Assembly (NCBI GenBank): GCA_963676915.2
Contig: CAXXVK010000043.1
Coordinates: 160,001-224,000, forward strand
DNA length: 64,000 nucleotides
Source of the DNA: Myxococcota bacterium
GTDB taxonomy: Bacteria > Myxococcota_A > SURF-8 > G963663525
Direction: 5' to 3'
Part shown: positions 9,818-19,128 of the stretch, piece after piece
How positions within the stretch are numbered: the first letter of the stretch is position 1
Layout: each line of letters begins with the position of its first letter
Notes under the pieces: generated by a model
What the model was told of the DNA's origin: nothing
What the model saw: only the letters and a program-made list of their open reading frames with translations
Database searches by the model: none
Made by a program: the position numbers and the translations under genes

Positions 9818-11242
9818 ATGAACTTTGATATAAAAATGAAAAGTACCAGAATAGATAGAACACATTATTACTCTCATAAAAAAAGAAATATTGTGTTGAA
9901 AATACTCCTGCTAGGGATGATTTTGATTGTATTTGAAAAGCCTTTGGGGTGTTCTAATGATGTAGGAGTATTTCCTCCTCAGGGAGACATAGACACTGAA
10001 AAAATTGAAAATGAAGAATTTGCTGACGTAGAAGATGATAATGAAGATTACGAAGAAAATATTCGCGAGAGGCCTGAAAATCCTGAAGATGCGCAATACA
10101 CGAAAACTCTATGGCGAGATGAGGTGACAACAGGACAAACTTTCACTTGGGGATTTTTTCCGCGTGACTATTCTCCATATTTCCCAAAATACAGTAATTA
10201 TTTTCCTATTGTTTGGGAGGATCAAGGTAAAAAAATATTATCTGTCGATCATGGACGATATAGATCAATAGATCCATATCATTTCGTTGTTTACTCACTT
10301 TCTGAAAGAAAATCGGAAATTCTTGCAAGTGCTTATCTTCCTACCCCAGAAGATCCAGGATGGCAATGGTCTACCGATGCAACCTGGATCGAGGGGATGG
10401 TACTATGGGAGAATAAGTTATTGTTTACGTTTAGGAAGAATGGCTTGTATTGGAATAATATCGACTACGTAATTACGGGGTTGGTCTCTTTTGATCTTTT
10501 TAGTCATGAAGTGCGGTACTTGTATTATTCAATGAAACTTTGGAGCGAAGTAGATTTGCTTGGGATGGTTCAAAAATATGATGAAAATACGTTGTTGATA
10601 CGAAGAGAGACTGGATTATTCGTCTTCGACCTTAATGATGAAACTATGAATCCCGTTCGTTCCTATTGTGACGAAGATCATCCCTATTTACAAACATGTA
10701 ACGACTTTGCAAATGACAAAGACAATAATCTAAAAAGCGCGATAAAAGGACCATTAAAGGGATATGAAGGGTTTGCATTGTTTAGTGGTCGGTTGGCTTC
10801 ACTAGCTCTGCAGAATAGCGGTGATATAGTTATGAATTCTCTGATCCCATCAATCGCAACTGATTGCAAGAGTTGGCAGGAACATAAAGAATGCAACGAA
10901 TCGTGGCTTTCATTTTCTCAGGATTGTTGTGTGGATAGTAGAAAAATAGAAATATATAAAGAAAAGCCTTATGTCCTTTCTGCAACTCAAGCAATCCTTT
11001 ATGAAATCAATTTACAGGATAACGGTTATAAGAAAAAAGTAGGACGATCTCAGGCTGTTTATCAGTACGCTCTTTCTCCAGATGGAACTCAAGCTTCCGA
11101 AGCGATATTGGGAACACCCCAGGATTGGCTCATTACTCCCGATGGCGACTTGATGTGGTTTTCTCCTTCAGATTACTCTGTTCGTGGAATAGCCGGACCT
11201 TTGGAAGAATGGGCGGAAAAAAAGAAAAATACTGAAAAATAG
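9818..11242 (+). CDS. Low-GC hypothetical lipoprotein-like cargo protein
   Basis: 474-aa AT-rich ORF; hydrophobic N-terminus ending LGC followed by an acidic linker; TTGACA at 9741 upstream. The true start may lie a little downstream. Confidence 0.75.
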   Translation: MNFDIKMKSTRIDRTHYYSHKKRNIVLKILLLGMILIVFEKPLGCSNDVGVFPPQGDIDTEKIENEEFADVEDDNEDYEENIRERPENPEDAQYTKTLWRDEVTTGQTFTWGFFPRDYSPYFPKYSNYFPIVWEDQGKKILSVDHGRYRSIDPYHFVVYSLSERKSEILASAYLPTPEDPGWQWSTDATWIEGMVLWENKLLFTFRKNGLYWNNIDYVITGLVSFDLFSHEVRYLYYSMKLWSEVDLLGMVQKYDENTLLIRRETGLFVFDLNDETMNPVRSYCDEDHPYLQTCNDFANDKDNNLKSAIKGPLKGYEGFALFSGRLASLALQNSGDIVMNSLIPSIATDCKSWQEHKECNESWLSFSQDCCVDSRKIEIYKEKPYVLSATQAILYEINLQDNGYKKKVGRSQAVYQYALSPDGTQASEAILGTPQDWLITPDGDLMWFSPSDYSVRGIAGPLEEWAEKKKNTEK

Positions 11243-11368
11243 TATTCAATAATAACATCTAGATGATTTGAGGCATACATTCAACAGCTTAAAATCCTTG
11301 AAAAGCTTGCGTTTTTAATTATATTTTAGCGTAAGCGAGTTCGAGTCCCACCTCCGGCACCAACGTTC

Positions 11369-11395
11369 AAGCCGCCTGTTTCGGGCGGCTTTTTT
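11369..11395 (+). terminator. Rho-independent terminator (probably the original tRNA terminator)
   Basis: AAGCCGCCTG-TTTC-GGGCGGCTT followed by a T run, directly after the att copy. Confidence 0.75.
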
Positions 11396-11618
11396 CGTGT
11401 TCTTTTAGCTTTTTCAACTGTTTTCATGGGAGGCGAGTGGTTCACCCGTCGAACGTCTCCCGTTTCAGACAAGTTCATACCATTTCGCTGAATTGACCGG
11501 GATTCGAATCCTGTGGTACATCTTAAAAACAGTAAGGATAAAAACGAGTTTCATCGATCCTGTTCGTTGGAGTGATGAAAGATTCCCGGTGTTATTCCTT
11601 GAATCCTCATAGGTTTTT

Positions 11619-13241
11619 ATGTCGAATGCATTTCCTTCTCTGAGTGATTCCATTTCGGAGCAAGACCCTTCGGTGTCTCTCGGCTGGTTGGTGGCCATCG
11701 TACTGGGACCGGCTTTGCTTGTGACGCTGTTGTATCTCAACACTCTTTCCAACGAGTTCGTATACGACGACTTCCAGATTCTTGTGTCCAATCGGTGTTT
11801 GTCCGAAAAAGTTCCCGTTTCAACAGCTCTGGCTCGGGATGTCTGGTGTCTCGAAGGAGAAAACTCCACCGGAAGCTGGCGTCCGATGACGTTTTTAGTG
11901 TTGCGTGGGATGCACTCGTTGGTAGGCTTGCAGGAATGGCCGTATCACCTGGTCAATCTTCTGATTTTTGCCTTGGCAGCGGGGTTTGCCGGACTGTTTG
12001 TATGGCGCATAAGCAATAAACCGGAAATCGCTTTAGGAGCCGGGCTGTTGTACTCCGCCCATCCGGGACATTCGGAGGCGGTGGCTTCGGTGGCCGGAAG
12101 TTCGGATGTGCTCAGTGCCGCGTTGCTGATTGCCGGGTTCGTCGTCTACGCCGGGTTGTTGTGTTATTCCTCTCAGGTCTGGCGTCGATTTGCCGGAATG
12201 GCTTTGTTGTTTCTCGCTTTACTGGCCAAAGAAAGCGCTCTGACCGGGTTCGCTGTTTTTTTTCTGATCGACCTGACCATAATTCTTCGTTCCCGCTCTT
12301 TGGGGGAAAAGCCGTGGTATTCCAACTGGAAACTTCTCGGTTCGTGGCTGGGTTCCATTTTGCTGGTTTTGGGATATCTTGCGGTTCGACAGGCGCTGTT
12401 CGGAGGAGTAGGAACGCAGATTCATTTTCAGGACAATCCCTTGGCCAACCAGCCACCGGGAACTTACTATCCGACGGCTTTTGCCGCTTTGGGAGAATAC
12501 TTGCGGCTGATGCTCTGGCCGCTACGGCTTTCGGTCGATTATGGCTACAACCAGATTCCGCTTGCCGAGGGATTCGGTTCGCTCAGAGTGCTTGGACCTC
12601 TGGTCGTTCTCGTGCTGAGTACGGTTCTCGCTGTGGTTTCCTTTAAGAAAAACAAGGTGTTATCTATTGGTATCCTTTTGATTTGGAGCAGTTTGTCCAT
12701 TGCCTCGAATCTCATCGTGACTATTCCAACAATGGTAGCCGAACGGTTGTTGATCGTGCCGAACCTTGGAGTTGCGATGGTTGCGGCTGCAGGTGTGGTT
12801 CCGTTGGCCAAACGTTTTCCCAAGTGTCGGTTGCTGGTTGTTGTTCTGTTGGTCACGGTTCTCTCTGCCATGAGTTTTCGTGTGGCGATAAGGAATACGG
12901 AATGGCGCAGCAATCTCTCGCTGTTTCTTTCGGCGGCTCATACCACACCGGAATCCCGGAAGGTTCAGTTGAATGCCGGGTGGTTTTTGCGTTTGGAGGG
13001 GGCCTATTCCAAAGCGCTCGAACATTATCGTAAAGCCGATGCCATCGATCCATCCCTGCGAGATGCCTTCCTGGATCGTGAATTGGGAATTTGTTACCAC
13101 GGTATAGGAAATTTCTCACAGGCCGTGTTTCACTACGAGCGGGTTTTAAAGCTCACTCCTGGGGATGCAATGATGCAAAAACTTCTCGATGCATCCCAAA
13201 ATGGTTGGATTCCCAGCGACCTTCACAAGATTTCCCGGTAA
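11619..13241 (+). CDS. TMTC-like GT-C membrane glycosyltransferase with C-terminal TPR
   Basis: NEFVYDD, WRPMT, HPGHSEAVASVAG, AKESAL, DNPL, LSVDY, AERLLIVP and RNTEWRS motifs typical of TMTC1-4-like proteins; many TM helices; TPR tail. Confidence 0.82.
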   Translation: MSNAFPSLSDSISEQDPSVSLGWLVAIVLGPALLVTLLYLNTLSNEFVYDDFQILVSNRCLSEKVPVSTALARDVWCLEGENSTGSWRPMTFLVLRGMHSLVGLQEWPYHLVNLLIFALAAGFAGLFVWRISNKPEIALGAGLLYSAHPGHSEAVASVAGSSDVLSAALLIAGFVVYAGLLCYSSQVWRRFAGMALLFLALLAKESALTGFAVFFLIDLTIILRSRSLGEKPWYSNWKLLGSWLGSILLVLGYLAVRQALFGGVGTQIHFQDNPLANQPPGTYYPTAFAALGEYLRLMLWPLRLSVDYGYNQIPLAEGFGSLRVLGPLVVLVLSTVLAVVSFKKNKVLSIGILLIWSSLSIASNLIVTIPTMVAERLLIVPNLGVAMVAAAGVVPLAKRFPKCRLLVVVLLVTVLSAMSFRVAIRNTEWRSNLSLFLSAAHTTPESRKVQLNAGWFLRLEGAYSKALEHYRKADAIDPSLRDAFLDRELGICYHGIGNFSQAVFHYERVLKLTPGDAMMQKLLDASQNGWIPSDLHKISR

Positions 13242-13461
13242 ATCCACGTCAATGTGGTTATAGGCGTAACTATAGGATATTGTGGGTGAATTGCTGTTCG
13301 TTGCATGGTTCGTGCGGTGTTGGGGGCAGTGAGCGAACCTCCTGATTTTACGGAATTTTCTACGGTGCTGAAGGCTGTAATCTCCTGAGATATCCGTGGG
13401 TTACACGTGGTATAGTAGCCGCTCGTACGGTGGAAAATGCCGTTTCTCCTTGGGGGAAAGC

Positions 13462-13490
13462 TTGCACCCTTGTTCGGGCTTTGGTAAAAT
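13462..13490 (+). promoter_or_regulatory. Putative sigma70 promoter with extended -10
   Basis: TTGCAC-N17-TAAAAT preceded by TG. Confidence 0.55.
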
Positions 13491-13570
13491 TACCTCCGAA
13501 TAATTCCCGGAAAACGGACGGGGATGTCAGACTCGTATGTTTCCTAACCGTGTTCGACAGGTGGTGACGA

Positions 13571-14662
13571 ATGAATCGGATGGGTTTTCGGGCGCACGCT
13601 TTTTCTTTGGCGATTTTCTGCGCTTTTTGTTTTGTGGTTATGCAGGGTTCGATTTGCGACGACATGCAGACGCTGCCGTTCGAAATCAAATATCCCTACG
13701 CAGATGACGGTTCCGACGCGCTGGAGTTCGAACTCCAACTTGCGGCTTCAGGAGGGACCGAACCTCTACCCGATGGGGATATCGACAGTGACTTCGATGG
13801 CGACTTCGAAGGGGAGTTGGATGGCGAATTGGAAGAAGACAGCCAGTTCACCAAAACGTTTTCCCGATATTGTCGAGAACTGGAAGAGGGCGAAGCCGGG
13901 TACGACCCCGAAACCGCGATGCTTTCCTGTCGCATGGCTCCCGTAACTCGTGAAATTAATTTCAAGGAAAGTTCAGCAGAGTTGTCGAAATACAGCAAAC
14001 TCTTGCGAGGAATCTTCGTTCGGGACGTTACGTACAAAATCAAAGATAATGAAATTCCGGCGGATATTCCAAGTGTGGACGTGTATTTCAGCAAAATACA
14101 CAAAGATGAGGATCAATGGGCCTGTCATTTCGTCAATCACGAATCGTTGACAGATGAGGAACGGGAGATTTGCGACCAAGGCGGGTTGTTCGAAGTTCCG
14201 GATCTTGCCGATTTCTGTGACGAAACCGAAACGTTGGACGAATTCTGTGCGCGTCAGTACTGGTTCGAGGACATCTGTGCAATGTCCGAGAGCGAAGTTC
14301 GTAGCTATTGCGATGGGACGGATATTCTCAAAAACGAAGGTGTCGGTGCACATGAACTGGTAAAACTGGGAAGTACTCACAGGATTTACAATTACTGGTC
14401 CGAATTGCTGCCCGATGACGATGTGAAATTCCCCGAGACATCCGGTGATATCCGAATTCAGCGTGAAGTGGGGAATATTTCATTGATTTCGGAAGTTATC
14501 GATAACGATAGAACGTACACCTTCGACATGATCACGGTGCCTCATAAGGAAGTGCTGATTCCCAAAGACATCGTGATGCAATATGTCGAATCCGGTGATA
14601 ACCCGACGGTTCAGATGGATCTGAAACTGGTGGTGATCATCGAGGTGAATCCCAATATCTGA
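13571..14662 (+). CDS. Hypothetical secreted/lipoprotein, acidic
   Basis: 363-aa ORF; signal peptide ending GSIC; DGDIDSDFDGDFEGELDGELEE linker. Confidence 0.75.
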   Translation: MNRMGFRAHAFSLAIFCAFCFVVMQGSICDDMQTLPFEIKYPYADDGSDALEFELQLAASGGTEPLPDGDIDSDFDGDFEGELDGELEEDSQFTKTFSRYCRELEEGEAGYDPETAMLSCRMAPVTREINFKESSAELSKYSKLLRGIFVRDVTYKIKDNEIPADIPSVDVYFSKIHKDEDQWACHFVNHESLTDEEREICDQGGLFEVPDLADFCDETETLDEFCARQYWFEDICAMSESEVRSYCDGTDILKNEGVGAHELVKLGSTHRIYNYWSELLPDDDVKFPETSGDIRIQREVGNISLISEVIDNDRTYTFDMITVPHKEVLIPKDIVMQYVESGDNPTVQMDLKLVVIIEVNPNI

Positions 14663-14725
14663 TCCGAACGGGTACCTTTTCTTTGTTGGGGGGAGTTGTT
14701 CCTATCCTTTTCCCATTGTATCGTC

Positions 14726-15439
14726 ATGAAAAGAATCGCTTGGTTCATACTGCTGTTTTGTCTTGTCATCGGTTTTTCCTGCTCGAAAACGCAGGAAAAG
14801 TCGGAAAGCCCTGCAAAAAAAACGGAGAAAACGCCTGCGCTTCGACCGATTGACGAAACCACCGAGAACATCCTTTACAATTACATCGACGAGCAGGGAA
14901 ATTTCCATGCGGTCGAGAACTCCGACGATGTGCCCGATGCGTTTCGTAACGATGTGGTGGTGATCGATCTCAACCTGTCGCCGGAACAAAGAGGTTCGGC
15001 CGAATCGGTGGTGGTGGCCGATCTGGAGCGTTTGGACGAAAAAGGGCATTTCACCTTGAGGGTGGAGAATCGCGCCAAGTTCGATCAGGCGATCAAACTG
15101 AAACGAAAGTGGAAACTCAACGAAGCTCCGCAGGCTTTGGCGCAAGCCAGTCCCCAACAACTCCAAAACGTGCAATTGACGCCCAATACGGACCAGGTAA
15201 TCCTTTATTCCACGGCATGGTGCGGATACTGCAAAGCGGCGCGAAAATGGTTGACATCCAACGGGGTGCCGTTTGTGGAGAAGGATATCGAAAAGGACGA
15301 TCAAGCCTCCCTCGAACTTCAAGCGAAACTGGCGCGTGCCGGACAGCAGACCGGCGGGGTTCCCGTAATCGACTGGAAAGGTCAACTGGTCTCTGGTTTC
15401 GACCGAAATATCCTTGAACAACTGAAGAATTCGAAGTAA
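14726..15439 (+). CDS. Lipoprotein with C-terminal glutaredoxin/NrdH-like domain
   Basis: Lipobox GFSC; YSTAWCGYC...FVEKDIEKD...GGVPVID motif. Confidence 0.85.
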   Translation: MKRIAWFILLFCLVIGFSCSKTQEKSESPAKKTEKTPALRPIDETTENILYNYIDEQGNFHAVENSDDVPDAFRNDVVVIDLNLSPEQRGSAESVVVADLERLDEKGHFTLRVENRAKFDQAIKLKRKWKLNEAPQALAQASPQQLQNVQLTPNTDQVILYSTAWCGYCKAARKWLTSNGVPFVEKDIEKDDQASLELQAKLARAGQQTGGVPVIDWKGQLVSGFDRNILEQLKNSK

Positions 15440-15515
15440 ACCGCTCGAAGTCATGGGGAGAATCGGGCGTGTTTCGGAATGCATGGGTTTATCGCTGGTG
15501 GTTTACAGCGATTTC

Positions 15516-17033
15516 ATGAAAGAGACTATCGTGAAATTTCGAGATTTTTCGGTGTTTGGGCTTGTGTTGCTTTGTCTGCTTTCGATGTCTTGCAACGATT
15601 CCGGCGACTCCGCCGACGATCAGGATGTTGGCGACGAGGACCGTTTGGAAATCGATGAGTCGGATGGCGAGGAAGACGTCGCCGAAGTGGATCTCGAACC
15701 GGTGGATTATCCGCTGTACTGGAGCGATGGCCGCTATATTCGTGATGAGCAGGGCAGGGCGGTGGTGCTTCGCGGGATCAACGTGACCAATCGTTACAAA
15801 TATCAGCCGAAGCAGGAACCGACGTACGTTGGAGAAGAGGGATTTCGGCGTATCGCCGATCTCGGATTCAACGCCGTTCGACTGATTCACCAATGGTACG
15901 CCATCGAACCCCAGGAAAATCAGTACGATGAAGAATACCTTGCCGTGACCGTGCAGCGTATCCGCTGGGCGACCCAAGCAGGGTTGTATACGATCATCGA
16001 TATGCACCAGGATATTTACGGGGAAGGGTTTGGCGATAACGGCGCACCGGCCTGGACGTGCGACGAGTCGAATTATCAGTCTTACGAACCCACGACGCCA
16101 TGGGTGATGAATTACTACAGTGACGAAGTAACGGCCTGTTTCGACCATTTCTGGGAAACCACGAGTTTGTGGGAGCATTTGCAGAAAAGCGCGGCAGAGG
16201 TCGGACGCCGGGTGGCCGATGATACAAGAGTCATCGGTTTCGATCCCTTCAACGAGCCGTTCTGGGGCTCGCGGGATGTGTCGGATTTCGAAGCCGGTCC
16301 TTTGTGGTCATTTCATGCGGATTTCTCGGATGCCGTCGATGAAAGCTTACCGGAGCGGCTGGTGTTCTTCCAGCCGACCATCATGTTCAATACGGCGCTC
16401 GAAACGGCTTTTCCTGCGCAAGCTGCCGAACTTCGTGGGGTTTTCACGCCTCATTATTATCACCCGAAAATGGAGCTTCTCCACGAGTATGACGAAAACC
16501 GCACGGAGGTCTTCGAGGCCGTCGAACGTGCCCGAAGTGAGTCCGACCGTTTGGGTGTGCCTCTTGTGTTCGGTGAGTTGGGCGCGTACAACGATTCAGT
16601 CAATCTGGAACGGTATCTCATCGATCTTTTCGACGCCCTGGACCACGAGCAAGTCGGTGGAATTTTTTGGGGTTTCGGTCCCGAAGATAAAAGCATCATG
16701 GCCGATGAAGATGGAACGCTGCTACCCGAAGCCGGGCCGATTTTCAGGCCGTCCCCTTCGGCGGTGGCAGGTACGCCCGTATCGTTTTCATGGGATTTCG
16801 AAACCGGTCGCTTCGAGTTGATCTGGGAGGAAGATCCCCGCTCGGGAGATACCGAAATCAATCTGCCCGCCTGGATGCTCGACAGTGGATTTTCCATGGA
16901 AATCGACGAGGAACAGGCCGAACCCCAATTCAATACCTTGCAGACTCGTCTTGTTATCCCAGGAGGTCAGGGGGGACGGCGGCAGGTTGTTCTCGTCGCA
17001 AAACAAAAGTACCGGGACGCCACAACGGAGTAA
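15516..17033 (+). CDS. GH5 glycoside hydrolase, endoglycoceramidase-like lipoprotein
   Basis: GRAVVLRGIN, IIDMHQD, GDNGAPAW, FNEP (acid/base), FTPHYY, FGELG (nucleophile), RPSPSAVAGTP; lipobox SMSC. Confidence 0.85.
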   Translation: MKETIVKFRDFSVFGLVLLCLLSMSCNDSGDSADDQDVGDEDRLEIDESDGEEDVAEVDLEPVDYPLYWSDGRYIRDEQGRAVVLRGINVTNRYKYQPKQEPTYVGEEGFRRIADLGFNAVRLIHQWYAIEPQENQYDEEYLAVTVQRIRWATQAGLYTIIDMHQDIYGEGFGDNGAPAWTCDESNYQSYEPTTPWVMNYYSDEVTACFDHFWETTSLWEHLQKSAAEVGRRVADDTRVIGFDPFNEPFWGSRDVSDFEAGPLWSFHADFSDAVDESLPERLVFFQPTIMFNTALETAFPAQAAELRGVFTPHYYHPKMELLHEYDENRTEVFEAVERARSESDRLGVPLVFGELGAYNDSVNLERYLIDLFDALDHEQVGGIFWGFGPEDKSIMADEDGTLLPEAGPIFRPSPSAVAGTPVSFSWDFETGRFELIWEEDPRSGDTEINLPAWMLDSGFSMEIDEEQAEPQFNTLQTRLVIPGGQGGRRQVVLVAKQKYRDATTE

Positions 17034-17149
17034 ACAACGGATTCGTGATGGGTTAAGGCATTACTCCCGTACAAAAGCATCCTATGGTTGTACTGATTCC
17101 GACACCATGTTTGATTGATTGAACATGTTTTGGTACAATTTCGCGCATA

Positions 17150-18170
17150 ATGAATGATGACTCATGGCGAACCATGAAAAAAAGAACCATAGAATCGGCG
17201 CGATCCGGCGGGGAATCGCTGAAATCGATCGCTCGGCTGGGTGTGCTCGTTCTTTTGCTCCTGGTTCTCCTAAACTGCCAGCCCTCCGAACGCGCTGTAA
17301 ATTCCCCGGCAGACCTCGACAACCCACCAGCCTCGTCTAGCGAAGTGGAAGAATCTGACTTTCACGATATGGACGCAATGGAAGACGACGAAGCCGAAGA
17401 AGATACCGATCCTGATTTTCCCTGGTGCGATCCCGAATGGATCTCCAACCCGATGCCAATCGAAGATTTTCTTTCGCAACAAACGTGTCGGGAACATCCC
17501 GATTGCTCGGAAGGGTATTACTGCGTGCGAAAAGAAAATGAAGACGAAGGTCTTTGCGCGAAAAAATGCACTCCTGGGGAGGATTGCCCGGAAAAACTCT
17601 GTGGTTCAGGGTGTCCACCGGGTCAAATCTGCGGGTGTTGTCCTGGCAAGGTTTGCGGGTGGGATTGGGATGATACTTTCCCTACCTGCAAAAAGGAATG
17701 TGGTATATTTTCAAGATATCAATATTGCTCTAATGATTTGACTTGTCTGTTTAGCGTTTTTTCCTGAACCCGGTGGGATTGCTCCAGGACATTGCATTGC
17801 TCCGTATCCATACCACTCGAATGGATGTCCAGAAAACTATTTCAGTGGAGGGCATATGTTCCCAGGTCATTGTTATCCTGGTGATGATGGATCGTGCGAA
17901 GAAGAGTGTCATCCAGGGTATGCTTGTCAAGGTGGAGCTTGTCAAATTATGCGTCCTAAAAAATGCGCGGATATAATGTGTACTTGGCATTCAGCTCCTC
18001 GCTGTATTTTATCCTTTGAATGTTCTATAAAGGGCGAGCGTTGTATTAAGCATGAAGAAACTTGCTGTGGAAATCTACGATGTTGCGCTCAAGAGGATTT
18101 ACCTCAGGATGAAGGGCGATGCACTCCCCAACAGGATTGTGAAAGCGGTATCTTTCTGGACCCCTACTGA
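17150..18170 (+). CDS. Cys-rich lipoprotein, apparently split by a frameshift at about 17742-17765
   Basis: ORF 17150-17767 (lipobox LLNC, acidic linker, Cys-rich) continues in the +1 frame, which is open from 17742 to 18170 with the same Cys-rich style. Confidence 0.6.
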
Positions 18171-18223
18171 CGGTGGTTCCGATATCCGTGGATTCCGTGC
18201 CGTATGAAACGGAGGATTCGGTC

Positions 18224-19087
18224 ATGAAAATGTCTTTTACTTTTTTAGTGATTTTGCTCTTGGGACTCCCTTGTTGGGGATGTTTCGAATCTTCCGACGA
18301 CGAACCCGGTCACGGAGATAGCGAACTCGATAGCCTCGACGACGAAACCCCAACCGCTGCGGATGAAGACAACCCGGAGGATGCCGAGTCGGACGAAGAA
18401 ACCATCCTCTGCGATGCACAAAGCTACGATCCCGGTGCCTTTTTCGGCATTTTGGAGGGTCTGACTTCCACAAGCCGTAGAAAAGTCATGCCGTTTTATA
18501 GTTGGTATGTTCTTGATTTCGTTTACGATTCCGACGCCGACGTACTCGATATTACAAGCTACTGGATCAACAAGTTGCCGATGTGCGCTTGTGGGCTGGA
18601 TCTGCCCGACGATTCGGTGGATGTTCCCGGCGACCCGGAGGTGCTGGAATACATCGAAACCAACGGCATCGGCCAAGGAAGCGGTTTTCTCACGATTCGC
18701 CTGGATCTTGCGACGGGTGCAAGCCATGCTATAGCCCGAGATCTCGGAGCAGAGGATGCCGAGTTGCCCACTCTGCCAGGGAGCGGCGGCCAGAGCTACG
18801 ATATCGAAGTGCAGCGGGCGGGCGGTTCGGTAACCTTCCTGCTCGAAGCCGCCGGAGGCTACGATTTGCGGGGATGCCCGACCGGAAACACCCAGCAAAC
18901 CAAAAAGATTCTGAACGTGTTACGAGACGGTCCGTGGGGAACGGATCTCTCGATTTGCGGGGAAGACAGCGAAGGAACGACGGATTGTGGCTTGCCCGAA
19001 CCCACCGAGACACTGGAAACGATTTCGACAAAAACGCCGGGAGCCTATCTCTGCGATTCGGAGGGGTGCACGTTACAAGAGGAATAG
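18224..19087 (+). CDS. Hypothetical lipoprotein
   Basis: GGAGG RBS; signal peptide ending CWGC; acidic linker. Confidence 0.75.
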   Translation: MKMSFTFLVILLLGLPCWGCFESSDDEPGHGDSELDSLDDETPTAADEDNPEDAESDEETILCDAQSYDPGAFFGILEGLTSTSRRKVMPFYSWYVLDFVYDSDADVLDITSYWINKLPMCACGLDLPDDSVDVPGDPEVLEYIETNGIGQGSGFLTIRLDLATGASHAIARDLGAEDAELPTLPGSGGQSYDIEVQRAGGSVTFLLEAAGGYDLRGCPTGNTQQTKKILNVLRDGPWGTDLSICGEDSEGTTDCGLPEPTETLETISTKTPGAYLCDSEGCTLQEE

Positions 19088-19128
19088 TTTTTTATTTCCA
19101 CTGTTTTTCATCGGAAATTTTGCCTTCG

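Larger units (their letters stand above)
9110..11364. mobile_element. Decayed integrative element (about 2.2 kb) at the tRNA-Leu 3' end
   Basis: Identical 26-bp direct repeat GTTCGAGTCCCACCTCCGGCACCAAC at 9110-9135 and 11339-11364; integrase remnant and low-GC interior between the repeats. Confidence 0.88.

Noticed and set aside
11339-11364. Possible second tRNA
   Set aside because: Only the T-loop and 3' acceptor half are present; this is the att duplicate
11496-11514. GGATTCGAATCC palindrome resembling a tRNA T-arm
   Set aside because: No surrounding cloverleaf; it lies in the probable promoter region of the TMTC-like gene
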